38,960 nt of DNA from a virus: the IMG/VR virus record IMGVR_UViG_3300009646_000070, one strand, 5' to 3'. This document shows positions 6,968 to 16,330 of the stretch, one piece after another; the stretch's first letter is position 1; every line of letters begins with the position of its first letter. Under the pieces are notes generated by a model. That model had not been told where the DNA came from. It saw nothing but the letters and a program-made list of their open reading frames with translations, and ran no database searches. Position numbers and translations under genes: made by a program.

Positions 6968-8637
6968 GACTTTCTTAAAACTTTTGAAAGAGCAATTTGA
7001 GCCATTCCTTTAGTTATCCCTTGTGGAATAGGTATTCTAAATCTCCGTAAAAGTCTAAGTTGTGCAAGCGTAGCTTCATCTTTATGCCAACGCGCCTCTC
7101 GTCTCACCAGTGTCATTTCTTCGGGGCAAAGCAATCTTACAAATTCTTCAGCGATTCGGAGAGCTTCTGGCAAATCATTGATGTTATGTTCGTCAACATG
7201 ATTTATTTTTTCGCCCAATTGCCCACTTACATGCCATTTCTGTACAAGGTCTTCATACACATCTAGCCTACCGCTTTTCAAATATAGCATGTAATGGCCG
7301 TCTGTAGACTTATGCCACTGTAACTTTGATGCTCCAAGAATTTCTTCTGCCCATTTGAAAGAAAACAAATCGACGCTTACCGCGTAGCTTCTGAGCTTCA
7401 ACAGGTCTTGTGCGTCTTTCAGGTTGGCGTTCGGATGCTCTTCTTGAACCTTGTTGAAATAGTCCAGCGCCGCTGTTACTGTCCGCCCTTGCATGTCCAT
7501 GCGTTCCGACATACCGAAGAGTTTGGGGACTGTGATGAGCGAGTGCTTCGTAGTGGCGTCCACAACGTCCAGTAAGATGCAGTCTTCCTTTTTAATAGGC
7601 GTATTGTCGGCTCTGGCTTCAAGCAGATTATTGAGACCGTCCGGGATGCGCGTGCCCCGGCCTGTGCATTGGACGTAGAGGAGTTGGGACTTGGTTGGCC
7701 GGGCCATGACGATGCAGCCGATGTGCCAATCGTCGTATCCTTCGGTGAGGACGGCGCAGTTGCATAGAACTTTAATGGTTCCATTTCGCAGCGCCATAAG
7801 TTTAAAGGCCCGGTTGACATCCTCTCCCCATACGGCAGCCGCCGCGATTCCATGGGCTTGGAAAACAGCCGCCATTTGTTGAGAATGGCTAATTCCGACG
7901 CAGAAAACCAAGGTAGGTCGTCCTTGCGCTTTTTCGAGCCAGTGCTTGACGACAAGCTCATTCCGCTGAGAGTTGTTAACAGCATTTTCCAATTCATCTG
8001 TAGCAAAGTCGCCAGCGCGGGTATGTACTCCATCCAGCGATTGATCTGTTGTAATCTTGTAGCCTCGGAGGTTGACGAGCCACCCTTGTTTGATGGCATC
8101 GAGAATGCCCATCTGGTAAGTGACCTCTGAAAACACTTCGGCAAGGCCCTTTCCATCCGCACGATTAGGCGTAGCGGTAACTCCAACATGTAGGATGTGG
8201 CTCGTGTCGGCCAGCACTCCGAAGTACTGGTAAATGGTTTGGTAACTGTCTGCGATTGCATGATGAGCCTCGTCTGTGACTATGATTCCAAAGTCTTCCG
8301 GCCTCAGTGCTTGCAAGCGGTTTGAATTCGCCCGGCTGAGTGTGGGCACGCTACCGACTACAATCTGCGAATTGTTGTCGTCGCGCAGATAACCCATCTC
8401 AATTGCCACTGACAATTCAGGATTCCATTTCTTGATCTTGTCTGCGGCCTGCTGCGCAAGCTCCTCCCTATGCACTAGAACTAACATACGCTTATTTGGT
8501 ATCAGTCGGGGAAGATTCGCAAAAACTACAGTCTTACCGACGCCGGTAGGCATGGTAACCAATTGACGCTTCACGCCTAAATACCATTTGTTAGTGATCG
8601 CTTGGAGGGCATCGACTTGGTACGGACGCAGTTTCAT
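6964..8637 (-). CDS. SF2 DEAD/DEAH-box helicase (SSL2/Irc3-like)
   Basis: MKLRPYQ Q-motif, MPTGVGKT, LVHREELAQQ, VTDEAHH, GVTATPNRADG, LTEGYD, QCTGRGTR. Confidence 0.93.
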   Translation of the reverse strand: MKLRPYQVDALQAITNKWYLGVKRQLVTMPTGVGKTVVFANLPRLIPNKRMLVLVHREELAQQAADKIKKWNPELSVAIEMGYLRDDNNSQIVVGSVPTLSRANSNRLQALRPEDFGIIVTDEAHHAIADSYQTIYQYFGVLADTSHILHVGVTATPNRADGKGLAEVFSEVTYQMGILDAIKQGWLVNLRGYKITTDQSLDGVHTRAGDFATDELENAVNNSQRNELVVKHWLEKAQGRPTLVFCVGISHSQQMAAVFQAHGIAAAAVWGEDVNRAFKLMALRNGTIKVLCNCAVLTEGYDDWHIGCIVMARPTKSQLLYVQCTGRGTRIPDGLNNLLEARADNTPIKKEDCILLDVVDATTKHSLITVPKLFGMSERMDMQGRTVTAALDYFNKVQEEHPNANLKDAQDLLKLRSYAVSVDLFSFKWAEEILGASKLQWHKSTDGHYMLYLKSGRLDVYEDLVQKWHVSGQLGEKINHVDEHNINDLPEALRIAEEFVRLLCPEEMTLVRREARWHKDEATLAQLRLLRRFRIPIPQGITKGMAQIALSKVLRKS

Positions 8638-9038
8638 CAATGTCTCTTGTAAGGTTTGGGATAGCTGAGGATTTCTACTCTGACCCATGCGAGGCCAGCG
8701 TCTACAAAGTCTAGCTTCTTTGCTGCGGCCTGAGAAATGTCGAGCATCCTTCGGGCTACGTAAGGACCACGATCATTGATGCGCAGGTTAACGCTTTTGC
8801 CATTTCCAAGATTCGTAACACGAATTATAGTACCGAATGGCAGTGTCAGATTCGCGGCAGTCGTCACGTTACGGTTGAAGTGTTCCCCGTTCGCAGTTTC
8901 GTTGCCTTGAAATTCTTGCCCGTACCAACTTGCTCGGCTAACAGTGTAAGGCGGCGGAGGAAAGTATTCCTTCGTATCAGACTTGGAGGGCGCACCAAGT
9001 AAGATGATGAAGGCAATGATTGTGAGCCTCAGCTTCAT
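8637..9038 (-). CDS. rlpA: RlpA-like (DPBB) lytic transglycosylase with signal peptide
   Basis: ASWYG.EFQG.ETANGE.F...TAA..TLPFGT..RVTNL.NGKSV..RINDRGPY...R.LD.S.AAA.KL; hydrophobic N-terminus. Confidence 0.9.
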   Translation of the reverse strand: MKLRLTIIAFIILLGAPSKSDTKEYFPPPPYTVSRASWYGQEFQGNETANGEHFNRNVTTAANLTLPFGTIIRVTNLGNGKSVNLRINDRGPYVARRMLDISQAAAKKLDFVDAGLAWVRVEILSYPKPYKRH

Positions 9039-9325
9039 ATATGGACCGAGTGTACCACAACTCCGTCCTTTATCCAAGAAAAAATTACAATCCCATTTGC
9101 GTTGCCCACGATCATGCGTTTGTGAGAATGAACTAATTCGTGATCTCGTAGACAAAGAGTAATGAGGTTGCTGGCATCGTCGGTGCTGCCTTTACGGGAG
9201 CGAAAAACGATGTGGTGAACATGCAGTGTGTTCCTTCGACCACAGAGCCTACAGCGCCAGCCGTCGCGTTGCAGCACTTCTTTGCATCGGGTTTTGTATT
9301 CATCCGGTGGAAGGCGATTTTCCAT
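9035..9325 (-). CDS. HNH endonuclease
   Basis: VLQRDGWRCRLCG...LHVHHIVFRS...NLITLC..DHELVH. Confidence 0.9.
   Translation of the reverse strand: MENRLPPDEYKTRCKEVLQRDGWRCRLCGRRNTLHVHHIVFRSRKGSTDDASNLITLCLRDHELVHSHKRMIVGNANGIVIFSWIKDGVVVHSVHI
9049..9077 (-). promoter_or_regulatory. Sigma70-type promoter upstream of rlpA
   Basis: TTGGAT-N17-TACACT with extended TG. Confidence 0.55.
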
Positions 9326-9746
9326 GCTCCCCTTTGATGAGATACTGATAGAGAAAGTTTTCAAGAGTCACGACCAGACCTTCCTCTATCTTAGAAACGA
9401 ACACATCTTCAAGTTCCTTGGGGTCGGTCTTCATCTTGTAGGCATAGTGTGCTAGCCCTTGGTAGCCTTCACATAACTCAGCAAGCAAGACGTGTAAGAC
9501 TTCGTGAGCGGCGGCGCTTTCAATTTCTGCGAGGATCGGTTTGCGAACCCATTTCTTGCTGATAGAAAAGTGCGCCGTGCGCGTCGTTGTGTTGACGTAG
9601 ACATGGGCAGAGGCTTTTCCAAGCGCCTTGGACCCACAGCCAACGATGTAATTCTTGATGCCGAACCGGGCGAGCCATTTGCTTACGTACTTTTCAAACT
9701 GCTTTACCTCGCGCTCTCCGATTCGGTACTCTTTCTCCGCAGCCAT
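9300..9746 (-). CDS. Putative HEXXH metallopeptidase-like protein
   Basis: AAAHEVLHVLLAE motif with a downstream EE. Confidence 0.55.
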   Translation of the reverse strand: MAAEKEYRIGEREVKQFEKYVSKWLARFGIKNYIVGCGSKALGKASAHVYVNTTTRTAHFSISKKWVRKPILAEIESAAAHEVLHVLLAELCEGYQGLAHYAYKMKTDPKELEDVFVSKIEEGLVVTLENFLYQYLIKGEHGKSPSTG

Positions 9747-9750
9747 TGGG

Positions 9751-11100
9751 TCACCCTATGATGATCTTAGCTAGCCTCTGCCAGTCCTCTTCGGTTGCGC
9801 CGAAGCCCCGGATGGCTAGGTTGGTGCGGGCAGCAGGTTGGAGCAAGATATTTCCGATGTTTGTGTTTGCAGCCGCACTCATGATCTTGTTGGCGCGTTG
9901 CTCGTCGTGATTGCAGAAGTGGTTGTAGATTTCCTCCACGGTATCGCCCTTGCCTTTGGTGATGACTTCTACATTACCAACGAAAGGTTCTGGCTCCGGC
10001 TCTTCTTCAACCGGCGCTGGCTCCGGCGGACCGGGAGCAATCACTTCTACTTCCAGCGCGAGGGGAGGCTGTACACCGACAATCTCGGCCTCCATTACGT
10101 CGCCAGACGGAGTAGACGTTATCAGTTCCTCGGCCACTTCAACGTCCGACTTTGGAACGATCTCAGCGTCGATTGGCTCCGTGGGCGGCAGCACGACTGG
10201 TTTAGGCGCAGGCTCCGGCTTGTCACTCAACTCTTCCTTGAGAGCTTCCAGCTTCTCTTGGAAAGTGCCCCACTTGATGTCGGCGGTAGGTTCCTTGGCG
10301 CTGTCTGCATATTGCGGAGGAGCTTCGTTGGACACTGGCGCAGGGGTGGCTTCGAGCGACTGCACACTTTGCGCTAACGTAGCTTCGATCTCAGCCACGT
10401 TGACTTCGATAGGTGCGGCAGGCAGAGCTTTTTGCTCCGGCTCGACCGGGACGCCTTGCTCCGGCTCGTGGTTCCCGGCTAGGTAGTCGGCGCAGATTAG
10501 CTCGATGGCTTTGCCGATAGAGATTTCAATCGGGTTTCCCTCGGAGTCAACTGTGTCGCCGTGCTCAGCCCGGCATAGCTCGATAGCCTCTTCGATGCTT
10601 TCCTTGCATGACGAGGTAACTTTGATCGTCATGTAGACGAAAGTGTCGATCTTCTCATTCCCGGCCTTGAGCTTCTGGACATTGATGCGAACGTCTTCCA
10701 GCGACATCTCTTCGCCGTTCTTGTCCGGGATGCACGCTTTCACCAGTTCCTTGATCTGAGCCTTGTGTTTCTTCGGATCTAAGCTCACGATTTCACGGAG
10801 CTTGCTCAGCTTGCATTGCTCCAACTTCTCACGGGGGATGTTCAACTTCTTCCCGGTCTCGACGATCTTGATAAGGTAATACGCGGCCCGTTCGCTCATG
10901 TCAAGGCCGGACTGGTCAATCCACTCGCCGAAGTTCTTGAAGCCCCAATTCAGATGGTAGCCTCCGTCTCTGATCTCGGCGAGCAATTCTCCCAAATCAA
11001 AAAACCGACCTGTGATGTTCTTGCGAATCTCTTCGATCTTTTGGCGCACAGTTTCAATGTGCTTGGGAGTTGCTTTCACGATCTTCGTTTCTTCTGCCAT
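9751..11100 (-). CDS. Hypothetical protein with helical N-domain and Pro/Glu-rich linker
   Basis: 449-aa ORF with RBS GAGGG; N-terminal LGELLAEIRD...FGEWI...SERAAYYLIKI resembles phage DUF3102-type DNA-binding regions. Confidence 0.75.
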   Translation of the reverse strand: MAEETKIVKATPKHIETVRQKIEEIRKNITGRFFDLGELLAEIRDGGYHLNWGFKNFGEWIDQSGLDMSERAAYYLIKIVETGKKLNIPREKLEQCKLSKLREIVSLDPKKHKAQIKELVKACIPDKNGEEMSLEDVRINVQKLKAGNEKIDTFVYMTIKVTSSCKESIEEAIELCRAEHGDTVDSEGNPIEISIGKAIELICADYLAGNHEPEQGVPVEPEQKALPAAPIEVNVAEIEATLAQSVQSLEATPAPVSNEAPPQYADSAKEPTADIKWGTFQEKLEALKEELSDKPEPAPKPVVLPPTEPIDAEIVPKSDVEVAEELITSTPSGDVMEAEIVGVQPPLALEVEVIAPGPPEPAPVEEEPEPEPFVGNVEVITKGKGDTVEEIYNHFCNHDEQRANKIMSAAANTNIGNILLQPAARTNLAIRGFGATEEDWQRLAKIIIG

Positions 11101-11196
11101 GTGATTTCCCTCTTTTGTTGGGATGCCGGGCGCATGAATGCCTCATGAGCTACCGATTAACACCCGGCTCCGAAAGCTACGCCACGGATTGGCGCG

Positions 11197-12078
11197 TCAG
11201 AATGGTACGTCTTCGTCAACGATCTCGGATTGCGCCGTTGGCACGGCAGGCTGAGACCCTTCGGTCACAGGTTGCGCGTCGATCACGGTGTCTTCCTCAG
11301 CGCCAACTTCAGGCGCATTAGCCAGAGCGTCGCGTGACTTGACTAGCTCTTGGTACAGTGGCCCAAACTCGCCAATGTTGCGGACCCGCATCGGGTTCTT
11401 AAACAGAACCACGTAGTAGGTTCCTTTGGCGTCGGTGATCTTCTTGAGGGTCATCTCAGTGGTGAAGTCGTAGATGCCAGTCTTGATGCCGTCTGACAGC
11501 GACTTCTGCGCGAGGCGCATGATCGCTTTCAGCAAGGTCTTGACCGGCGTAACGCTTCGCCCGCCGAAGGTGATGATAAAGGGCAGCCCGGTGGTGCGCT
11601 CCACAAATAGGACACGTGCTTTTTCTTTGCACTCCGGCGGCTTGCGTGTCTTGGCGAATACCTTCCACATCAAGTCACCGTACTTGCAATTCTTGCACAG
11701 TTCGCTTTGCGGTTGCGCAGCATTGACCGCTGGACGGTAGCCGTCATTGGACCGACAGATAGGGTCCGCTCCGAATATCGGCTTGCCAGTGTCAGGGTCG
11801 TTGGGGAACAGCACGCGGGGTCCGGGTGAGGTTTGAATGCGCAGAGGAACAATCTGCAAGGTGGTATACTCCTGCCCTGTGATTGTGTCCTTGAACGTAC
11901 CGGGGTGGGCCTCTTCGTCTCGCGTAGTGGCCTGCACCATGACCATCGTGGCCGGTGTCACTACGGCGTCCTCGAAGCCTTCCAAGTCGCTCACTTGGGT
12001 TGTAGGATCGAACGTGGCCAAGCCAGTTGGCGCATCGCTTGGGGGTTTTTCTTGATACTTTTGAAGTTCTTCATTCAT
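11197..12078 (-). CDS. Putative phage single-stranded DNA-binding protein
   Basis: Acidic tail ending IVDEDVPF; RBS GAGG before MNEE; located in the replication module. Confidence 0.6.
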   Translation of the reverse strand: MNEELQKYQEKPPSDAPTGLATFDPTTQVSDLEGFEDAVVTPATMVMVQATTRDEEAHPGTFKDTITGQEYTTLQIVPLRIQTSPGPRVLFPNDPDTGKPIFGADPICRSNDGYRPAVNAAQPQSELCKNCKYGDLMWKVFAKTRKPPECKEKARVLFVERTTGLPFIITFGGRSVTPVKTLLKAIMRLAQKSLSDGIKTGIYDFTTEMTLKKITDAKGTYYVVLFKNPMRVRNIGEFGPLYQELVKSRDALANAPEVGAEEDTVIDAQPVTEGSQPAVPTAQSEIVDEDVPF

Positions 12079-12122
12079 AGGTTTTGTCCTCGTTTGTTGT
12101 GGCAAAGTTGCCATTCCCTTCC

Positions 12123-12151
12123 AGTATGACACAGGCTACCGGGAAAGTCAA
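12123..12151 (-). promoter_or_regulatory. Sigma70-type promoter
   Basis: TTGACT-N17-CATACT with extended TG. Confidence 0.6.
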
Positions 12152-12154
12152 GTA

Positions 12155-12370
12155 CTAAATTTGAAGCAAAGAATAGGCGGCTTGATACGCAACCCAGCCT
12201 TTCACGGTGACCTCGTATTGATTAAGGGGTCCGCCATTGTATGATTCCTTTGGGCGCAAGAAGCCAGCGTTAATCATCTTTCGTACAATCACTTTCTCCC
12301 CGGCCTCATTGAATCCGTAGCTTGGCTGGTGACGCAGGCAAAGAACAACAGCACGTTCTTCTGGTTTCAT
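12155..12370 (-). CDS. Hypothetical protein
   Basis: RBS AGGAGG before MKPEER. Confidence 0.65.
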   Translation of the reverse strand: MKPEERAVVLCLRHQPSYGFNEAGEKVIVRKMINAGFLRPKESYNGGPLNQYEVTVKGWVAYQAAYSLLQI

Positions 12371-12378
12371 AGGTCCTC

Positions 12379-12534
12379 CTATAAAGTGACAACGATGGTT
12401 AGGCCCACTGCAAGGAGCCAGTACAGGCCGTGCTTCCAATCCCCGCCGATGAAGTAGCGTACCTAGGCCATGATAGATAACACGGCCAAGGTGACCAGGA
12501 ATAATCGCGGAGAGACGTGGTTAATAATTTTCAT
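12379..12534 (-). pseudogene. Small two-helix membrane protein gene with an in-frame amber codon
   Basis: MKIINHVSPRLFLVTLAVLSIMA*(TAG 12465-12463)VRYFIGGDWKHGLYWLLAVGLTIVVTL*; the start overlaps the upstream gene end and the stop overlaps the downstream RBS. Confidence 0.55.
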
Positions 12535-12730
12535 CCATCCTCTTCAGCTTAGCTTGCAGTTTTTCTACACGATGTTCGATACGAGAAACCCATACAGTAC
12601 CAGAACGTTTCCATCCATGTGTCTCCCAAAAACAGGCCTCGTGTAGCCTAGCTTTCAGGCGCTCACGCCTGACGTAGTTTTTGATGATGGCCAACAGCGC
12701 ATTCTGCGTTAGGGGTTTAGACTTCGTCAT
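12521..12730 (-). CDS. Hypothetical protein
   Basis: RBS GGAG before MTKSKPL; overlaps the RNA ligase end. Confidence 0.55.
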   Translation of the reverse strand: MTKSKPLTQNALLAIIKNYVRRERLKARLHEACFWETHGWKRSGTVWVSRIEHRVEKLQAKLKRMDENY

Positions 12731-13949
12731 TGGACTCCTCCGCGTGATAGGTGCCCTGTGAGAAGAATTCTGCCCGCGCCGGACGCAGTATCTTCCAAAT
12801 AACTTTGGCGTAGTCCTTTCCATCGTACATCAAAAACAGTACAGGCGCTAGGAATATCATTTCGGGGCCTTCCGCCGGATGCTGCATCAACACCTGCTGT
12901 TTGAAAAACTCGGCCACGGCCTTGCGATTCCAATCTCCCCGGCTTCCGGCGATGCGAGCTAGCGCGATGCTCTCCTGCTCGATGTACTTGAACATCAGCG
13001 TGTAATATGCAATCTTGCCGGTCAGCCATTCGGTGAACTCAGGCGGAGTGAACGGAGTCAACGAGGCAACATCAATAGTCTTGCCTTGGCTCAGCGTCTC
13101 CCACACATCACGGTTCGTCATCCCAAACATCGCCCGGTGACTCAGCTTGTAGTTCTCGAACTTGATTTTGACGCGCAGAGGAGCCTTGTGAGGAATCGCC
13201 AGCGACCAGTTCAAAGGTTCCGACTCCTTCAATCGGATGTAGCCTCCGTGCGAAAGGAATTTAGCTACGTATCCTTCGCGGTTTTTGTCGTTCTCTTCCG
13301 CACACTGTGCAACAGTCTTGGTAAACAGGGGCACGAGTTCCAGACCGAAGTATCGTCCGTTGTCGAACGCCATTTCTTCGTAGGCCAACTCTTCGCCGGT
13401 CTCTTTGTAAATCACTGCGAAGAGCACCAGAGACTCGCGTTTGCCGTAGTCTACTACGATCTGGTTGCCCGGCATGATGATCTCCACCAGCAACGTTTGA
13501 TGGCGCGGCATCTGGAAGCAGGGCAGAGCTTGCAGGAAGGCAGTAGCCCACTTCGCTTGCTCGCTGTCGAAGGACCCGCGAGTCGCCACTTCCGGCGGAT
13601 TGTCCTTGTACTGGAAAATGACGCCCATGCTTCCGTCCATCTTCTCGGTGATCTCGATCTTGTTCTTGAGAGGATTCAACGGAAGGTTGTCCAGCATCGT
13701 CTCCGGGTAGCGCGTATCATTGATGTTGAAGAAGGCTTCCATTGGCCGGGCCACGATCTCCCCGGTCTCCCGGTCCACAATCAAACCACGGCAGCGGCGG
13801 AGCGTAACATCGTCATGCGTCTTCGTCATCGCTTCGCTCGTATAGTTGTATATGTCTAAAGGCCATTTGGGATGAGGGCGTTTAGAAACAAGCCCGTTAG
13901 AAACTCCTCCTTCTAGCTCATTTGCATCGACATATTGATTAAGTAGCAT
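12717..13949 (-). CDS. RNA ligase, T4 Rnl1-like
   Basis: RCRGLIVD...IVARP..AFFN, motif I TEKMDGS, ATRGSF.SEQA, EII.P.NQIVVDYG, EGYV, RVKIK..NY; RBS GGAGG before MLLNQ. Confidence 0.9.
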   Translation of the reverse strand: MLLNQYVDANELEGGVSNGLVSKRPHPKWPLDIYNYTSEAMTKTHDDVTLRRCRGLIVDRETGEIVARPMEAFFNINDTRYPETMLDNLPLNPLKNKIEITEKMDGSMGVIFQYKDNPPEVATRGSFDSEQAKWATAFLQALPCFQMPRHQTLLVEIIMPGNQIVVDYGKRESLVLFAVIYKETGEELAYEEMAFDNGRYFGLELVPLFTKTVAQCAEENDKNREGYVAKFLSHGGYIRLKESEPLNWSLAIPHKAPLRVKIKFENYKLSHRAMFGMTNRDVWETLSQGKTIDVASLTPFTPPEFTEWLTGKIAYYTLMFKYIEQESIALARIAGSRGDWNRKAVAEFFKQQVLMQHPAEGPEMIFLAPVLFLMYDGKDYAKVIWKILRPARAEFFSQGTYHAEESNDEV

Positions 13950-14334
13950 GTAACCTCCGAAGATGCAATGCACGTTTCTTCCATTGATGATTCCAACATA
14001 GAGTTTGAAGCCCTTTTTGACGCTCTCTATGGAAGAGCCAAGAATACAACTTCGAGCCATGCATTTGGCCTTTGCGTCGTTGGTATGCGCCATCGTTGTT
14101 GACATGATCTAATGTCAACATATCTAAATCGATTTGGCTACATCCACGCCAACAACATTTTGCTTCTCCGTCCTTTCCGTAACGAGCTAGAACAATGTTC
14201 TTTGTTTGTCGCTGGTGTCTGAAGTTTATTCGGCAGCGAGAGGCTTTTCCTTTAGATGTTCGGAGATATTTTTTCTGTGCGGCTTTTCCTTTAATGCCAC
14301 CATTGTATTTTCTAACTGTTTCTTTTCTGTTCAT
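13939..14334 (-). CDS. HNH-like endonuclease, family A copy 1
   Basis: KCCWRGC...DLDMLTLDHVNNDG...LQTLCWNHQWKK; AT-rich. Confidence 0.75.
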   Translation of the reverse strand: MNRKETVRKYNGGIKGKAAQKKYLRTSKGKASRCRINFRHQRQTKNIVLARYGKDGEAKCCWRGCSQIDLDMLTLDHVNNDGAYQRRKGQMHGSKLYSWLFHRERQKGLQTLCWNHQWKKRALHLRRLHAT

Positions 14335-14397
14335 TGTTATACATTCTCCGATTTTAGTCCTTACCTTTGAAGGCGTGATTGGAATTTCTAAAGAGTC

Positions 14398-14643
14398 TTA
14401 CCCCTCCCAACCAAGTTCCCGCGCTTTCTGAATAGCATTCCCGTAGCCGTAGTTGGCTAGAAAAGTCAGCTTGTGCTTTGCCAAAAACTGAATGGCGCTG
14501 GCAAACAGGCAAAGGTCGTCAACAGTAAAAGCGTAAAGCTTCGAGAAGTCGCCGGACGGAGAAGAGACTTCGTAGCTCCACAGGCTGTCTACGCCTTGCC
14601 GGGCAGACTTCGTGATTGCAATTTGTTGCAAGTTACCATTCAT
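14398..14643 (-). CDS. Hypothetical protein
   Basis: ATG 14643 overlaps the upstream stop (ATGA). Confidence 0.5.
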   Translation of the reverse strand: MNGNLQQIAITKSARQGVDSLWSYEVSSPSGDFSKLYAFTVDDLCLFASAIQFLAKHKLTFLANYGYGNAIQKARELGWEG

Positions 14644-14843
14644 GATCGTACTCTCCGACAGGATAGACTTTGACTCCCTCGGCTCGCCAGACCCGTCCAG
14701 TTCCACTCTTTGATGACGGAGTAAGTCAGGTTTTTGAGAGTGAGAGGGAACCTCAGCTTCCCGAAAGTGGGCGAGGTCTTTTCCATGTCTCGCTCATAGA
14801 GGGTTTCGATTTTGTGGTACTCAGTCTTGTTTGCGTTGAACAT
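14640..14843 (-). pseudogene. N-terminal fragment resembling phage Rnl2-family RNA ligases
   Basis: TEYHKIETLYERD...LKNLTYSVIKEWNWT, then diverges where the EKxDG motif would be expected and stops after 67 aa. Confidence 0.5.
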
Positions 14844-14967
14844 CTTTGGCTCCGTTGATAAATTTACGATAACCTTTGTGGGTAATGCAAATGCAAAGAA
14901 CTATGTACGCCAACCCAAAGACAAGTACAGCGTACATAAGTCGTGGGTGAAGTGTAAGCCAATTCAT
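14821..14967 (-). CDS. 48-aa membrane peptide
   Basis: MNWLTLHPRLMYAVLVFGLAYIVLCICITHKGYRKFINGAKDVQRKQD*; ATGA overlap with the upstream gene. Confidence 0.5.
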   Translation of the reverse strand: MNWLTLHPRLMYAVLVFGLAYIVLCICITHKGYRKFINGAKDVQRKQD

Positions 14968-15137
14968 TTCTTTTTAGCTCCGGCAAGACTGGCCTCTCGG
15001 CTCTTCTTCAATTCCTCCGCCAGCGCCGGGCAAGTGGCGGCGTGATTCTGCTTTTCAAGGGCATACTTCTTCCGCGTCAAATCTCCACGATGGAGATTGA
15101 AGTTGCCGCAAGAGCATCGGTATCCGTACTTGGCCAT
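14964..15137 (-). CDS. 57-aa hypothetical protein
   Basis: MAKYGYRCSCGNFNLHRG...HAATCPALAEELKKSREASLAGAKKK*; RBS GGAG; fills the gap between neighbours. Confidence 0.55.
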   Translation of the reverse strand: MAKYGYRCSCGNFNLHRGDLTRKKYALEKQNHAATCPALAEELKKSREASLAGAKKK

Positions 15138-15142
15138 TCTAG

Positions 15143-16330
15143 TTAGTCTCCTTCGATTGGAATTTCGTCTTTCTCCGTTTCGACCTTGGCGCGTTCTTCG
15201 CCGCGCTGTGCGCAGATGACATCACAAAACTTCTTTACCGGGCAGTACGTGTCACATTTCCAAAGCTGCATTTCTACTGAGGGCAGCGGTGGTACTTCTC
15301 CGTGATCGAATGCCCGGAAGAGGATCGTCGCTTTATCGACCACGAATTTGTAAACTTCGTCCAAGTCCAACAGCCTAACATCAGGCACAGCGTATGTCAA
15401 GCGATATTTTGTTTTGTGGGAAAGCTGGTAATCGTTAGGGTCGTTGCTTCCCCGGCGCTTCCCGCGCTTGACCACGACATCATCGCGTTCATTGAGCACT
15501 TCGCGGCTTACTTCGCTGCTGTACGTCTTTGGCTCGGAGGCTAGCCACGGCGTTTGTTCAACCATGGTTGCTCCAGTTCCTATGATTTGCATCATAGAAA
15601 GATAATATGCTTTGATTCTTTTGACTTGGAAAGGTACGTAAGTATCTCGCTGGCCCACAGGCCAACCGCGCTCTGCCAGCAGCCGGTAAATGTTGAACTG
15701 TATTTCATGCTCTGGCTTCACCCCGTACTTGCCGATGTACGGCAGGCCCTTATCCGCCATCGTTTTGTAGTCGATGATCTCTTGTGCCGCCCGGCGGATA
15801 ACGTCTAGGGTCCCATGAATCCAGCGTTCTTTTCCGTCGATCACCCCGAGAGACATTTCATATTCGACTTCTGATTCCCAATCAGGAACGTGGTATTGCT
15901 CAGGAAGCAGGTTCGCCAATTGCAGCAAATTGGCCTCCGCTTCCAGCCATAGGCGCATCACCTTGGGGTTAATCATTTCGGCCTTAGTGAGGCGCAGCAA
16001 GTACCTGCCCATGTCATCCACTAGCCCACGGAAGTCCGGGTTTTCAAGGATGGTATGCAAGAGCGTCCCACGGATGCTGTACCACGATGTAGGCGGCTCC
16101 TGATACCAGTTCTCAGTTCTTTCCAGATACAACTCGCGTAGACAGCCAAGAAGTGATGTGACGCTAATATAATCGCCTACGTGTTTTTCTGTCCACGCCT
16201 TGTTTGCGATGTGGACTAGAACACTGGCCGGGACGCATTGGCGTTCCGCTCCGCATTCACGCAAACAAAATTGACTTTCAAATGTGTGGTACTCTTCTCG
16301 TGAGGGGCACTTATTCCCGAGCTTTGGCAC
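15143..16330 (-). CDS. Cas4/RecB-like PD-(D/E)XK exonuclease
   Basis: SVTSLLGCLRELY, GTLLH, HGTLD...IIDYKT, QFNIY, C-terminal CDTYCPVKKFC; GTG start with RBS GGAG. Confidence 0.8.
   Translation of the reverse strand: MPKLGNKCPSREEYHTFESQFCLRECGAERQCVPASVLVHIANKAWTEKHVGDYISVTSLLGCLRELYLERTENWYQEPPTSWYSIRGTLLHTILENPDFRGLVDDMGRYLLRLTKAEMINPKVMRLWLEAEANLLQLANLLPEQYHVPDWESEVEYEMSLGVIDGKERWIHGTLDVIRRAAQEIIDYKTMADKGLPYIGKYGVKPEHEIQFNIYRLLAERGWPVGQRDTYVPFQVKRIKAYYLSMMQIIGTGATMVEQTPWLASEPKTYSSEVSREVLNERDDVVVKRGKRRGSNDPNDYQLSHKTKYRLTYAVPDVRLLDLDEVYKFVVDKATILFRAFDHGEVPPLPSVEMQLWKCDTYCPVKKFCDVICAQRGEERAKVETEKDEIPIEGD

Noticed and set aside
9838-10486. Long + strand ORFs opposite the 449-aa gene (and similar ones opposite recA, the RNA ligase and DUF932)
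   Set aside because: Antisense shadows of GC-rich genes with regular codon usage.
12463-12465. Genome-wide TAG reassignment
   Set aside because: Long genes translate without interruption in the standard code, several genes end in TAG at sensible positions (e.g. 25111, 21399), and no CUA tRNA was seen.
15143-16330. Cas4-like gene as evidence of a CRISPR-Cas locus
   Set aside because: No cas1, cas2 or array; stand-alone Cas4-like nucleases are common in phage recombination modules.
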